Source of the DNA: Lama guanicoe
Taxonomy: Eukaryota
Length of the DNA: 64,000 nucleotides
Assembly (NCBI GenBank): GCA_013239625.1
Contig: MU054098.1
Coordinates: forward strand, 434,001-498,000
Reading direction: 5' to 3'
In this document: piece after piece, positions 29,010 through 41,113 of the stretch
Layout: the number at the start of each line of letters is the position of its first letter
How positions within the stretch are numbered: position 1 is the stretch's first letter
Program-made: the position numbers and the translations under genes
The notes under the pieces: model-generated
What the model saw: the letters and a program-made list of their open reading frames with translations, nothing else
The model's database searches: none
Told to the model about the DNA's origin: nothing

Positions 29010-29466
29010 TACTGTTCTAATTAGGTTTCAGGCTCTCCTTGAGTTAGAAAGTGGTTTATTTTGCTGTCATATAACTGTCTGGAGGTAGCTAATCTAGGGC
29101 TGCAGGAAGAGTATGCAGGTTTACTGCATGAGGTCAAAGGTCCTGGACTACTCCAGACTCGTTCTGCCATACGTAGAGTGTTTCTCTCATCTGCTTGATC
29201 ACAGGTGGCTCACTGCCAGGACTATATTCTAAGCAGCAGGATAGAGAAAGGGGAAACGGGGAAGAGAAGAAATGATCCATTCTCTTTAAAGGCATGACCC
29301 AGAGACTGGAGATAATACTTCTGTTTATATCTTAGGCAAGAACTTGATACATATCACAGTAGCCTTCATTTTGTGTGGCCATGTGCCCAGCTAAAACATG
29401 AGGGTTTCATTACCATTGAAGGAGAGGAGAATGAATATTAGGGGACAGCTAGTAATCTCAGCCAGA
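29010..29466. mobile_element. Old MaLR (MLT1-like) LTR
   Basis: MLT1-like motifs (tctggaggtagctaatctagggctg, ctctttaaaggcatgacccag, tgtgcccagctaaaa); boundaries approximate. Confidence 0.55.
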
Positions 29467-29599
29467 CCACCTCCAAAAAAGATCTTACCAATTCACATTT
29501 CTGCCAGTAGCCTAAGAGAAGGTTCACATTTTGTAGTAACTATTTTGTTTATTAATTTTTGCTTAGATTATAATTAATTTAGCTGTAAGTTTATATAAT

Positions 29600-30476
29600 T
29601 TGATTTTTAAAGGTTTTAGTTTCTGAAGTAGTTTTAGATTCTTAGCAAAATTAAGAGGAAGGTACAGAGATTTTCCATATATTTCCTGCCCCCACACATG
29701 CATAGCCACCCCTATTATCAATGTCCTCCATCAGAGTGGTACATTTGTTACAAGTGATGAATCTACATTGACACACCGTAATCACACAAAGTCCATAGTT
29801 TCCATTAGGGTTCATTCTTGGTGTTGTATAGTCTATGGGTTTGGGCAAATGTATAATGACGTGTATGCATGATTATAATATCATACAGAGTGTTGTCACT
29901 GCCCTAAAAATCCTCGGTGCTCTGCCTAGTCATCCCTCTGCCTCAACTGATGTTTTTACTCTCTCCAGAGGTTTGCCTTTTCCATGATGTCATATAGTTG
30001 GAATCATAATGTATATTGCCTTTCCAGATTGACTTGTTTTACCTAGTAATATGTACTTAAGTTTCCTCCACATCTTTCCATGGCTTGATAGCTCATTTCT
30101 TTTTAGTACTGAATACTATTCTATTGTCTGGATGTACCACAGTTTATTTATCCACTCACCTACTGAGGGACATCTTGGTTGCTTCTAAGTTTTGGTAGTC
30201 ATGGATAAAGTTGCTATAAACATTTGTGTGCATATTTTTGTATGAGCATAAATTTTCAACTCCTTTAGGTAAATAATTTAAGGAGTATGGTTGCTGGATC
30301 ACATGGTAAAAGTAGGCTTAGTCTTGTAAGAAATCACCAAACTTTCTTCCAAAGTGGCTGTACCATTTTGCATCTTACCAGCAATGAATGAGAATTTCTG
30401 TTGCTCCACATCCTTGTCATCATTTGTTGTTGTCAGTGTCCTGGATTTTGGCCATTCTAATAGATACGTAGTGAGT
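29600..30476 (-). mobile_element. Ancient L1M (L1MB/L1MC-type) 3' end
   Basis: Typical antisense L1M 3'UTR text (ggatgtaccacagtttatttatccactcacctactgagggacatcttggttgcttc; ttccaaagtggctgtaccattttgca). Confidence 0.85.
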
Positions 30477-32039
30477 AACTTCTTTTTCTTTTCTTTTTTT
30501 TTTCTTTTTTTTTTTTTTGCTGCTCCTTCAGTAAACTTGAGGGCAGGGTACTCTGTGTCTTGCTTGTTTTCGTATCTGCAGCCTTGAGTGCAAAATGGAT
30601 GCTCAGGAAACGTCTGTGAAATGAAGATTTGGATGGATGCCTATGTCAGCGTAGGATGGATGGCTGTCCATCCATAGATGGATGTCAGCACCAATGAAGC
30701 AATCAAAAGCACCAGCCATAAAAATAGAGACTCTGAGGTTCTATTTTGATAAGAAGATTCTGAAGTCATTTAGGAAACGTTATCTAACCCAGGCTCAAAA
30801 GCAGCTATCAAAAACAGTGAGAAAGTGGGTGAGAAGGCAGATTTACCACTTAAGATTATGAAGTGCATTTAGAGCTTTTAAGCAAATAATTATAAAGAAC
30901 CAGCTCCCTTAAAGCAGGAAATTCATTTTTATGAAGGACAATCACTCAAGTGAAAAATAATAAAGCTCTGCCCACATACAAGTAAAACAATTTTTTTCTC
31001 ATAAGCACTTTTAAAAAGTAAACTTAAAAGGTTACAAAACTGTTCTAACCTTCAAGTGACGCATGGAAAATATTCTGAAGCCAAAGAACTAATTAAAATG
31101 TATTGAAAAGAGAGAATGCTAAGGTATTTTAAAAATAAGGACAGCCAGTGATCCTAAAATACATTTATTTCCACTTAATGGAAAAGTGAAAACATCAGTA
31201 AGAAAGAGGAAGAGAGGGAGAAAATGGAAAAAGAAAAGTAGAGAGAATAAAAGAAGAAGAGGGGGCCGAGAGAGAGAGGGACATGAGGGAATAAGAGCCT
31301 GAAGGATGAAATAGGATCCTCCACTGTCTGAGTCTCAAATAGGCTACCTATCTAAGCCAGAATACAAATCGTCCTGCCTAGAGATATGTACTTACTGGAA
31401 CCCTTTGGGAGCATGTGCAGTTATATTGTTTGATCCCTCAGTTTCCAAGTTTTCAAAATACAATCAAGGCTTTATATTCCCATTCTGTATTTTGAAATTG
31501 GGACTAGAACCAAAATTTCTGGTATCCCTTGATTCAGATCTTCAATCGTGTTTCTATACCAACAGCCAGATTTTTAAAGTGCTTTATAGAAATACAGCTA
31601 AAGTTGTTTCTGATGACTTTTGCTACAGAAGACAAATTTAGAAGAAAAAATGAAATCTCAGATTGCACATAAAAAGTAAAGATGTTCTACAGTCTGGGGA
31701 AATGGCAGGTTTTTAAAAAAATAATATTTCTTTGGAAATGTGAGAAGATGGAGATAACTTTACAAAACAATTTGAGCAGATGGAAAGTATTTACCGGTGA
31801 AACTAAACTTTGATAGTTTCTAATTGTCTCAGAAATATATTCTACATTGGTATGGTACCCTTTGATAAGTACAATCCTAAAATACTCTGGCCTGCATCCC
31901 TCAAATAAGAACACTCACTGTTACTGAACAGGTGTAACAGAAGTCCAAGGGACAGCATGGTCAAGCCTTTATGTGAGATGTTCTTCATTCATGTTATCAC
32001 GATGGAAGAAATGAGTGGTTTTCTCCTAGCAAGAGTACC

Positions 32040-34130
32040 TTATGTCCCTTCGTAGCAGACTTCTCAAAAGGGTTATTCATATTCATTGTCTCCAGTTTTC
32101 ACCCTTCCATTCTTTCCTGAACCCACTTCAATCTGAGTTTTGCTTCAGACTTTCCACTTACTCCCTTATCAACATCACCGATTATCTCCAGTTTGCCAAA
32201 TTCAGTAGACCATCCTCAGGCCTCATCATACTTGGCCTAACAGCAGCTTTTGGCATTGTCTAGCACTTGAAACGTTAATTTTTTTTACTAGAAATAGTTG
32301 TTTCTTTTTAATCAGCTATTGATGGTGTAATAAAATAAATTTAAATGGCACCTAATTTAAACATTTAAAATAGTTCATTGAAGGTTAATCTACAACACAG
32401 TATGTCAAGCCTAATTGTCAAAGTAACACCCTTTTTCAAGAAAGATGAAATAGAGGCATGATCAAAATTATGACCAACAATTTGGGTTCATCTGGACATT
32501 TATAGATGACTATCCTGGCAGGCACAATGTTGAAAAATCAGTCCATTTGACTTAGAAATAATGTTTAAGATAAAAAAGAAACACTATATACATTTCAGAA
32601 TTTATACCTGAAATTAAAGAAAAATATCCACCAAATATCACAACAGATCTTTTAATGACTAATTTTTTGTAACATTAAGATTGTTGTTTTAGGGGACACT
32701 TTGTCTCTTTGAACATTTAACTAAATGTTCAATGTGTTAAATAATTTACAGAGAGAAATAAGTTTTGTGTTCTGTACAAATTAAAGGACCCAAGAATATA
32801 ACCCCCTCCCACCACCAAAGCTCAAATTTGCAATAGTCTCAGCAGAAAATCAACAGTTCACAATTTAAACAGAATTTATAGCATTACAAAAATTTACAGG
32901 ACTCCAGATTACAGTGGCAGAATTGAATGATCAGAATGTAAAAATATTTGTGCAAAACTGCTTTTATTGTTCTTACCATTTAATAGAGATAAAACCTATG
33001 AACACACAATGCAATAATGTAGAAAAACAACATTGAAAATAATTCTATCCTTGAAACATTTTCCTCACTTGGTTTCTAGGACACTGCAAACTCTGGGTAT
33101 ATTTACCTCCTTGGCCTCTCCTCAGTGTCCTTTGTTGGTACCTTCTCATCTCTTTGGCCTCCATATATTGGAGGGTCCCACATCTCAGTCCTTGGTCATC
33201 TTTTCTTTATGTTACCTACACTATACCCCAGGTGACTTTAACTCTGTAGCTTTAAATATTATCTATATGCTGATGACTCTCAAATATGTATCTATAGCTC
33301 TGGTCTTCCCCCTAATCTCCAGAGTCAAGAGTCAAGTGTCCAACTGCCTACTCATCTTCTTTCCTTGGATGTTTAGTTATGCAGTTCAAACTAAACCACC
33401 CAAAACTGAACTCTTGTCCATCATCCCAAGGCCCCATAAACAGTTATTCAGTTGCCCATGACAAAACTGGAGGCATCATTCTCTGCTGCTGCACGCTCAA
33501 TCCATCAGTAAAATCCTATCAGCATCTTCACTGCTGTCACCTTGGTCCAAGTCACCATCAGCTCTAACCTGGATTATTGCTTCTACCATTTCCTTCCATG
33601 CAGAGTAGCTTTTCAAATCTAGGTTATATCACGTCACTCTACTCACAACTATCCAATTGCTTCACATTTTAGTAAAAATAAATGGGAAATGCACTACCAT
33701 GACCCACAGTCAGCCTATCTTTGTGACATTATCTAACCTCCTCTGTTTCCTATCCTACTGGTCTTGCTATTCCTGGCACTGCTAAGCTGATTCCCTCCCC
33801 AGGGCTTTTAAATGTGCTGTTTCTTCTGCCTGGAACTTTCTTCACCTGTATCCTTACCTGGTTCACTCCCTCACTTCGTTGAGGTCCTCAAGGTTACTTT
33901 TTCAGAGAGGAATTCCCCGACCACCCTATCTGAAATGAACCCTCATTACTCTCTTTCATATTATCCTGCTTTACTTTTCTTTATGCAACCTTGGATTATC
34001 TGATAGGTTTATTATCTGTCTCCCACACCAGGAAGTTAGTTCCAAGAAAGGAGGTTCTTTGTCTTATATCCCCAGTGACTGGAACAGTACGTGGCATGTA
34101 GTAAGCTTTCCAGAAATAATCGTTGAATAA
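32040..34130 (+). mobile_element. LINE-2 fragment split by a ~780-bp insertion at 32274-33049
   Basis: L2-like sequence stops at cttgaaac (32266-32273) and resumes at cttgaaacattttcctcacttggtttctaggacac (33050 onward). Confidence 0.75.
32274..33049 (-). pseudogene. Probable retrocopied mRNA 3'UTR fragment (processed pseudogene remnant), parent gene unidentified
   Basis: Minus-strand ATTAAA (tttaat 32307-32312) 20 nt before an A-tail remnant (T8 32279-32286); flanking duplication cttgaaac; AT-rich content that I do not recognise as a repeat. Confidence 0.7.
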
Positions 34131-37116
34131 TGATAGAAATATTTATGTTTTTACTGACATTCTTTCCCATAACTGATGGCACTATAGATTACATAATACC
34201 ATATTTTCATGTATTTACAGTTTATACCTTATGGACATTAGAGAACGTACTGGTAGAATAACCTTGAAGCAATGTAAAATCTGCTATTGCACATTTTCTA
34301 TTGCTTTTACTTAGTATGGAGGGGGTAGGACACACTCTATTATTTACTTTTAAAGTTGTTATGCAAAGTGAATGCTTTGGGTACACAGTGTTTGCTTGCT
34401 AACAAGTATTTGGGAGCATCTGGAAATAAGGAGAAGGGTGTTGAACAGAAGAGATTGTTTTGCTAGTTCCAGAGCACTGGTGCCTTTCAAGATACTGCGT
34501 TGCTCTTCAGCTGTGACTTCATTTGAATCGAATGTAAGGTATATTAAATAATAACAATTTGACCTGTTTTAAGAAATTGATGACTGGGGGATTTTTTTTT
34601 TTAAAGGGTTGTAAAAGCTTGCTGTTGGTTTATTGGATGGGATTATAAACTAAAAACTCTGATCTGCCCAGATTAGAAGCAGATTCTGAAATGTGTAAAC
34701 TGATTCATGAACTTACGCTATAAACCTGTCATTTGCTATGGTAGTTCAAAACCAAATTTTGTAGCTTTCACAGTGCTTCAGGATACTTGCTAGCTGAATG
34801 AACTCAGGATGTCATACAGGAAATGATTATAAAAAAAGAATTAGGAAATAAGATGATTACTTATGTTTTATGAGATTTATTGAATGTATTTCGTAAACAT
34901 CAAGAAACAATGTTAGTGTGTAATGTTGGCAGGATGCAAATATAATCATGATACGTATAAATGGGTGTTAAAGTGGTATTTGTTAAAAAGACGTTCTATC
35001 TGTACTTCATTTGTCTATAGTGATTTTCATCATTCAGCATGTGCCTAACTTCTTTGTGTTTTTGTGGTAGGAAATGACTTACACTTGACTAGTGCGTCTT
35101 GTCTGATTGAATAGTCCTTTTATGTTTGAAAGTACACAAAGTGATCTTCAGCATTCTTTGTAAACTACTCCACTGCAGGAAATATTATTTACTAGTTATT
35201 ATCTAAACTTGATTCAACTTGCCAACAGTTCATAGGCTGATTGTACTATTGAGCTATGTACTGATCTCAGTATGTTGTCAGACCTCAAGATCTGACAGGT
35301 TCTAGACGTGCTCATTGTGATGCTGAGTCCTGGCTATTCTCTAAAAACTATGATTAGGTATTTGCATATGTTGGATGGACTCCTTGGAATAAGATTAGTT
35401 ATTCAGGAAGCCAGTGCTTTTGAGTCACATCCTGAAACCATGGATGGATACACAGAAGATTAACCGATGAAACAAAATGATATCCCAGGGATAACTTGTA
35501 CAAGAGGAAATTCAGCTGCACTAAAGTGAGATTGAAACATAGTATCATATGTTAAAAAGAGCATAGTCTTTAGAATCAGACATACACATCTTTTTTTGCT
35601 TAAATTGTATGAACTTGAGTAACTTACTTAAATTTTCTGAGCCTCAAGCAACTCATTTGTAATATTGAGATAATAATAGTAGTAACTATCAACATTTGTA
35701 AGACTTAAATGAGCTAATCCATATCAAGTATCTGACACAGAGTTTGATGCCTGGTAAGTGCTTAATAAACTATATTCCCTATTATTATTATTTTCTAAAT
35801 TCCCTGCCAAAATTAGTGCTAGAGCCCAGAGCTCCTAGTCAATGCCTTCTCATGTAAGACCATAGAAATTTATCATTTCACCCATAGACTACATTTAAGT
35901 CTTTGCGATCACCCTGCTTTTCCATTTTTCTCTTCTCAAACATTACTTCTCTTCTGTTTTCCCATTTTTCCTCCTAGTCCTATTCTAATTGCTTTCACTG
36001 ATTTTTTTTAGATATTTTAAGTAATGTAAACAGAAAGTATCACATTTTATAACACTGATTTTTTTCCCCTATCCAATGGCAAAAGAAATAACATGGCCAT
36101 ACTTCTTTTAGGTGTTGTTTTTTTAAGAAACCACTTTAGTGACATTGCAAAATTCCATTTATCATTTTCTAATAGATAATTGTTTGTCTTTGCAACTTGG
36201 TCACTGCCTTTATGAACAAAACAAGAACCTGTTGTCATTTCAGATTCTTTGGAAAAATCTTTTTTTTTCTTTGTTGAGGTAGAGAAGGAACTTTTCTACA
36301 AAATCATATCATGTAAGTGACTGAGTTATTAGCCTTAAAACATATTTCTGCTCCTTACTTCTTTTACCTTCCCTTTCACTTTGGGTTGTGCCAGCAAGTG
36401 GGGTCTTGTGCACGTTGCGTCACTTCTCAAAGATCCAATTTTACTGATTGTAAATACGTAATACCAACCTTTTACACCTGCAGATTTGTTACAATAATTC
36501 AACACATTCTTTGTAAACTATAAAAAGGAAACAAGTGTAAGAAATTATTATTACTAGGACAAAAGTCAGTAAAGGTAGCTAATGGATCAACAAGGGTGGT
36601 GGAATCTAGAGGTTAATAATAAGTGCCTAGTTATGAACTGTGCAGAGGTCAATTTTGCTGGATTAGTTGGAGCAAATGTGTAGGCTGGAACAAGTCGTTT
36701 TCAAGTTTTTGCTTAGAAGTAAACCCCTCTCAAGTACATAAAGCAATTTTTTATCCTCTTTCACTTTCACATACATTACCTCATTTAGTCTTAAACATAA
36801 AACTGCCAGACTGGTGTCATTACCTCCATTTTATAGATGGAAATTGAGTTTTAATTTACCTCCAAGCACATTAGTGGTTGAAGCAGGACTGAAATCCAGG
36901 TTGATATTTGTACTATTATGCCTGTATTATAGAAAGCTCCTCGGCTTTATATCTATTGGTTTACTCAAAGATTAGTTCTGTCAGCTTTTACAACACCATA
37001 CTATGATTCTAAATTTGCTTTTAGCTTTTAGTTCCACCCATAACCTCTCCTGTCTTGCAACTTGTAGAATCTGTATCCTGACCCACTGGCTGTTTCAGGA
37101 ATACCTATCTTTTTTT

Positions 37117-37551
37117 TTTTAAACATTTTTTTATTGATTTATAATCATTTTACAATGTTGTATCAAATTTCAGTGTAGAGCACAATTTTTCAGTTATACA
37201 TGAACATATATATAATTCATTATCACATTTTTTTCTCTGCGAGCTACCATAAGATCTTGTATATATTTCCCTGTGCTATACAGTATAATCTTGTTTATCT
37301 ATTCTACATTTTGAAATCCCAGTCTAACCCTTCCCACCCCCCGCCATCTTGGCAACCACAAGTTTGTATTCTATGTCTATGAGTCTGTTTCTGTTTTGTA
37401 TTTATGTTTTGTTTGTTTGGTTGGTTTTTTTAGATTCCACATATGAGCAATCTCATATGGTATTTTTCTTTCTCTTTCTGGCTTACTTCACTTAGAATGA
37501 CATTCTCCAGGAGCATCCATGTTGCTGCAAATGGCATTATGTTGTCAGTTT
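37117..37551 (-). mobile_element. Young 5'-truncated L1 3' end, same subfamily as 6344-6742
   Basis: Poly(T) head; closely similar to 6350-6742; TSD cctatcttttttt at 37104-37116 and 37552-37564. Confidence 0.88.
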
Positions 37552-38196
37552 CCTATCTTTTTTTAGTGTACTTCATTATCAGACAGAAAGGGAAGTGTTA
37601 GAGATTTTAATTAATGTCTCTAAAGTGGAGAGGAGAAAAAAAGAGGAGCTGTGATAATTGCTTATGATAGTCCATTTCTTGAGAAACCATATTATTGGTA
37701 AGTACCTGGAGTTTCTCCAATAATGCAAGGATTATCCCAGCCAGCTCTTAGAATGAAGGGATTATGTAACATGGCTTTGAAGAGGTGGGCAAGTGAAGCT
37801 GAAAACAGGAAATAGTTTTAGGCTTGCCACTTCAAAGGATATTCTTAATGGGAAACTGTCTAAGCAAAAGTGTTGTGTGAAACTGAGTGCGTAGAAACAG
37901 GAAGCTACTTTCTACATTGATCTTAGGTATGGAGAATGCCTCATATAGTGGTTATCATCAAGGACTCTGGCACTAGACTGTCTGGATTTAAATCCAGATT
38001 TCACCACTTATGGCCTGTAGTGACTTGCAGGAAGTTGTTAAATTTCTCCTTGTTTCAGTTTCTGGTCTCTAAAGAGGGAATAAAAATAATACATACACCC
38101 AAGGCTGTCTGTGAGTATCATATGAGGTTATGCATGTTAAGTGCTTGGCACAAGTCAGTGCCTGGGATGCTGGGAATGCTAACTAAATGGTAGAAG

Positions 38197-38197
<1 letters not shown>

Positions 38198-38229
<32 letters not shown>
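38198..38229. repeat. (TAT)10 microsatellite at the tail of a MIR-like element (~37945-38195)
   Basis: Repeat seen directly; upstream MIR-like core ctggatttaaatccagatttcaccactta. Confidence 0.85.
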
Positions 38230-38230
<1 letters not shown>

Positions 38231-38869
38231 AGATATTATGACTCATCACTTGGACCTTGTATCTTGGACAAAATTTAGCTGGAATAGTATTTGGCAAAAA
38301 AAAAAAGATGCTCAGTGAAGGTTTATTGAATTTTTACTCTGCCAAAAATGTCATGATGATAAACTGTGTGGTAGTGTTAATGATGTGGGTGATGACAGAA
38401 AGTTGAGGAAGGTTTGTGGGGAGACTTCTGGTAGGATACGTGTTAGACAGGCTCCTTATAACAAGAAGATTTATTTGCTAGTCAGTGGAAAGGGCTCAAG
38501 AGAGCTGGTTTTCAGTCCTAGCTCTGCCACCAATAAGTTGTGTGAGTTTGGACAACTCACATTCCTCTCTGGGTATTTCCTCATTTTAAAAAATAAGGAG
38601 TTAAGACCAGATGAGTGGTTGTTAACTGTGGGCTAGGGGTGGGAGGATATCAGAAACTTTCGAATTTTGTATGTCTGTGTTTCCATTCCTCATCTTCCCT
38701 TTGTCTTTAAGTCCTTTCCCCTCTTGTGAAAAACTCTATCATTCCTGGTAACCATATAGTATATAAAGCACCTCATTGTTCTAGTGACAATCCTTTAACC
38801 CAGAAGCCAAGGAAATAATTATCTTCAGGTTCCTTTGGGTAAGAAAGTCTAGGTGGGGCACTAAGTGTA

Positions 38870-39170
38870 TTTCAGGAACTCCTTTTTTGGGTTTGTAGAT
38901 AAGTGACTCAGAAAGTCAGCTATCTCATTTCCTGCCTTTGCTTAAATGTGTTGGGCTGATCCAGGAAATGCTATTTGATAGCCTGAGTCAAATTTCAGTA
39001 GCCTATAAATAGACTAGAAGTGAGGTATTTTTATCTCTTTACTTGGCATTTATGCTGTACACGACACAGGGCTATGAGATATTTAAGGACAGATTGATAG
39101 GGGAGAGAGAACTTTAAGATCTCTCTGAGAGCGTTTTAAGGGAAGCCTGATTGTCTTAGTCCTTACAGGT
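38870..39170 (+). promoter_or_regulatory. Candidate upstream promoter/enhancer: two AP-1 sites, ETS-like cores, TATA box and a downstream splice donor
   Basis: TGACTCA 38904-38910, ATTTCCTG 38927-38934, CAGGAAAT 38962-38969, TGAGTCA 38984-38990, TATAAATA 39004-39011, CAG|gtaata 39168/39169. Confidence 0.45.
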
Positions 39171-40577
39171 AATAGGAAAGGATTTCTCTTTGTCAGACCT
39201 ATTCCCTTGGATCCAAAAGTACCCCATGTGTTCATCTCAATCTGTAAGTGGAGCTCTATGGCAGAAATGTGGTCTTCTGTTGACCAAACCTACTTACTAC
39301 TTACAGATGCCTTGGAAGGCAGCAATGAGCTGGTGATGGGGAGGAAGGAATAGAGGAGAGAAATTCATTGGACTTTAGTAAGAGAAAATGCATCCTCTTA
39401 GGATTTTATGACACATAGGAAAAGAAATACCATGGTATTGACTCGGCCTGGATAGCTACTTGAAGGAAGTCTTAGATGCTGGAGTCCCACAGGAAAAGCT
39501 TTCATAATCTTTAGTCAAACATGTGGGATCCAGCATAGTAGTATGGAAGTGCACGGGACTGGGAATCATGTTTGTCCTACTTCCAGCTCTATTACTAACT
39601 CTGATACTAGTTGTGTAATCTTGGGCAAATCTTTTACTTCCCAATATATAAAGGGGGATTGGACTAACATTACCTCCAGTATACTTGCTGGCTCTAACAG
39701 TTTGATTCCAAGATTCTATTATGTAATTATTGAAGCCTACCAACATGAGAACATGACATATGGGCCAGGTAAGATGAAGAGGGTGGGCAGGGAGAGAGGG
39801 TCACTCCTGGTTAATTAATTTATGTAGGAAAAAAGAAAGACAGTCTCTGACTGTTAGGGTAAGTGACCTTTAATCCTTAATTTCCTGCGAAATTGTTGGT
39901 TTTAGGAATATAGACTGAAAGACAAGCATGGAACTGGAAATAGTGATTTTTCATTGAAAGGAGAGTATTTTTTGATTGAGTATTTGGAGACATGAATCCT
40001 TTAATTTTGAACATTAAACAATATTCTTCAATAATAAAAAGATAATTAAACTGTATTCTGTGGCAATGAAGTGCTGTTTTAAGAAAGAGGTGATAAATTC
40101 AGATTTATCCTTTAAAAGAGTCATTCTTGCTGTATGTGGTATGAAGAGTGGTTTGGAGGCAGGAAAGACCAAATGAGGAGGTCCCTGATGATGAGATCCT
40201 CAATTTAGGAAGGGGTAGTGATAATGCAGAGATTGGTTGGGAGAGGGAGGAGTTGAGGAAGACTCTCAGGTTTCCAGTTTGGGCAACTGGGAAGATAATG
40301 GTGCCATTTACTGACATACAGAATACAGGGAAGAGTAGAACAGATAGAAGAGTAGATGATGATGATTTAACATTTATGAAGAAATGAAGCAAAGTTCTGA
40401 GTTACCTGAGGCTTTGTTGTAGATTTGGAGCCTTCTCAATATTCAGATAACTTTCGAATCCTTTTTTAATCTCAGAAATGAGTATATGTATGTATTAGTG
40501 TGTCTTTCTTGTTGCTAGGGGAGGGGATTGCTATGGACACTAATGATACCATCATTCATAATTCCTCTTGTCAATCA

Positions 40578-40663
40578 ATAAGAACACTTAAGTAGGTCTG
40601 GCTCAGTCTTCAGGCTGGAAGCTTTTTGAAGTCATCTTATCCACGGCATGTGATGTATAGAAA
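40578..40663 (+). other. IL13RA2: Probable non-coding first exon of IL13RA2 (start approximate)
   Basis: taagaacac...gtcttc...ttgaagtc resembles my recollection of the human IL13RA2 5'UTR start; donor-like AAA|gtatgt at 40664, ~320 nt before the acceptor at 40986. Confidence 0.55.
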
Positions 40664-41019
40664 GTATGTGTGTGTGGGACGTGGTTGTTGGGGGTGGGGG
40701 TGGGTGAAGGGATATGTTTGTTTCTTTTGCTTTGTTTTTGCTCTTATAAGAAGGATGAAACTAAAATTCTCCCTTTCCAATTATGTTGGTTCGAGACTTG
40801 TTTTTTGTTTTGTTTCTATGGTTTAGAGGGGCCCAGTTTTCCCCACTCTTGATAGAAAGCACACAGACAGTTTCCAAATGTATTTTAATCACATTTAGTC
40901 CTTTCTGAAGTACAATAAAGTTAAAATTTATATTTATATTTTAAGTAAAAAAATTTAAAATATATGTTATATTTTTCTCTTCTTAGAGTAGAAATTTCAA
41001 GATATTAAATTTTGGAGAA

Positions 41020-41113
41020 ATGGCTTTCCTTCATTTGGATATCAGATGCTTATATACCCTTCTTATTTGCACAGCATTTGGCTCTACTTTGTCTTCAAAT
41101 GCCGAGATAAAAG
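41020..41113 (+). CDS. IL13RA2: IL13RA2 coding exon 1 (signal peptide MAFLHLDIRCLYTLLICTAFGSTLSSNAEIK); exon probably begins ~40987 with a short 5'UTR
   Basis: ATG at 41020 in gaaATGg context; upstream acceptor tttttctcttcttag ending 40986; donor AAG|gtaaac at 41114. Confidence 0.95.

Noticed and set aside
30630..30690. ggatggat/atccatcc inverted and direct motifs
   Set aside because: Degenerate (GGAT)n-type tail of an old L2-like fragment; the hairpin is short and unremarkable.
1662..40392. Numerous 60-140-aa ORFs upstream of IL13RA2
   Set aside because: No recognisable domains, many use non-ATG starts or lie in L1/L2/MIR repeats; consistent with chance ORFs.
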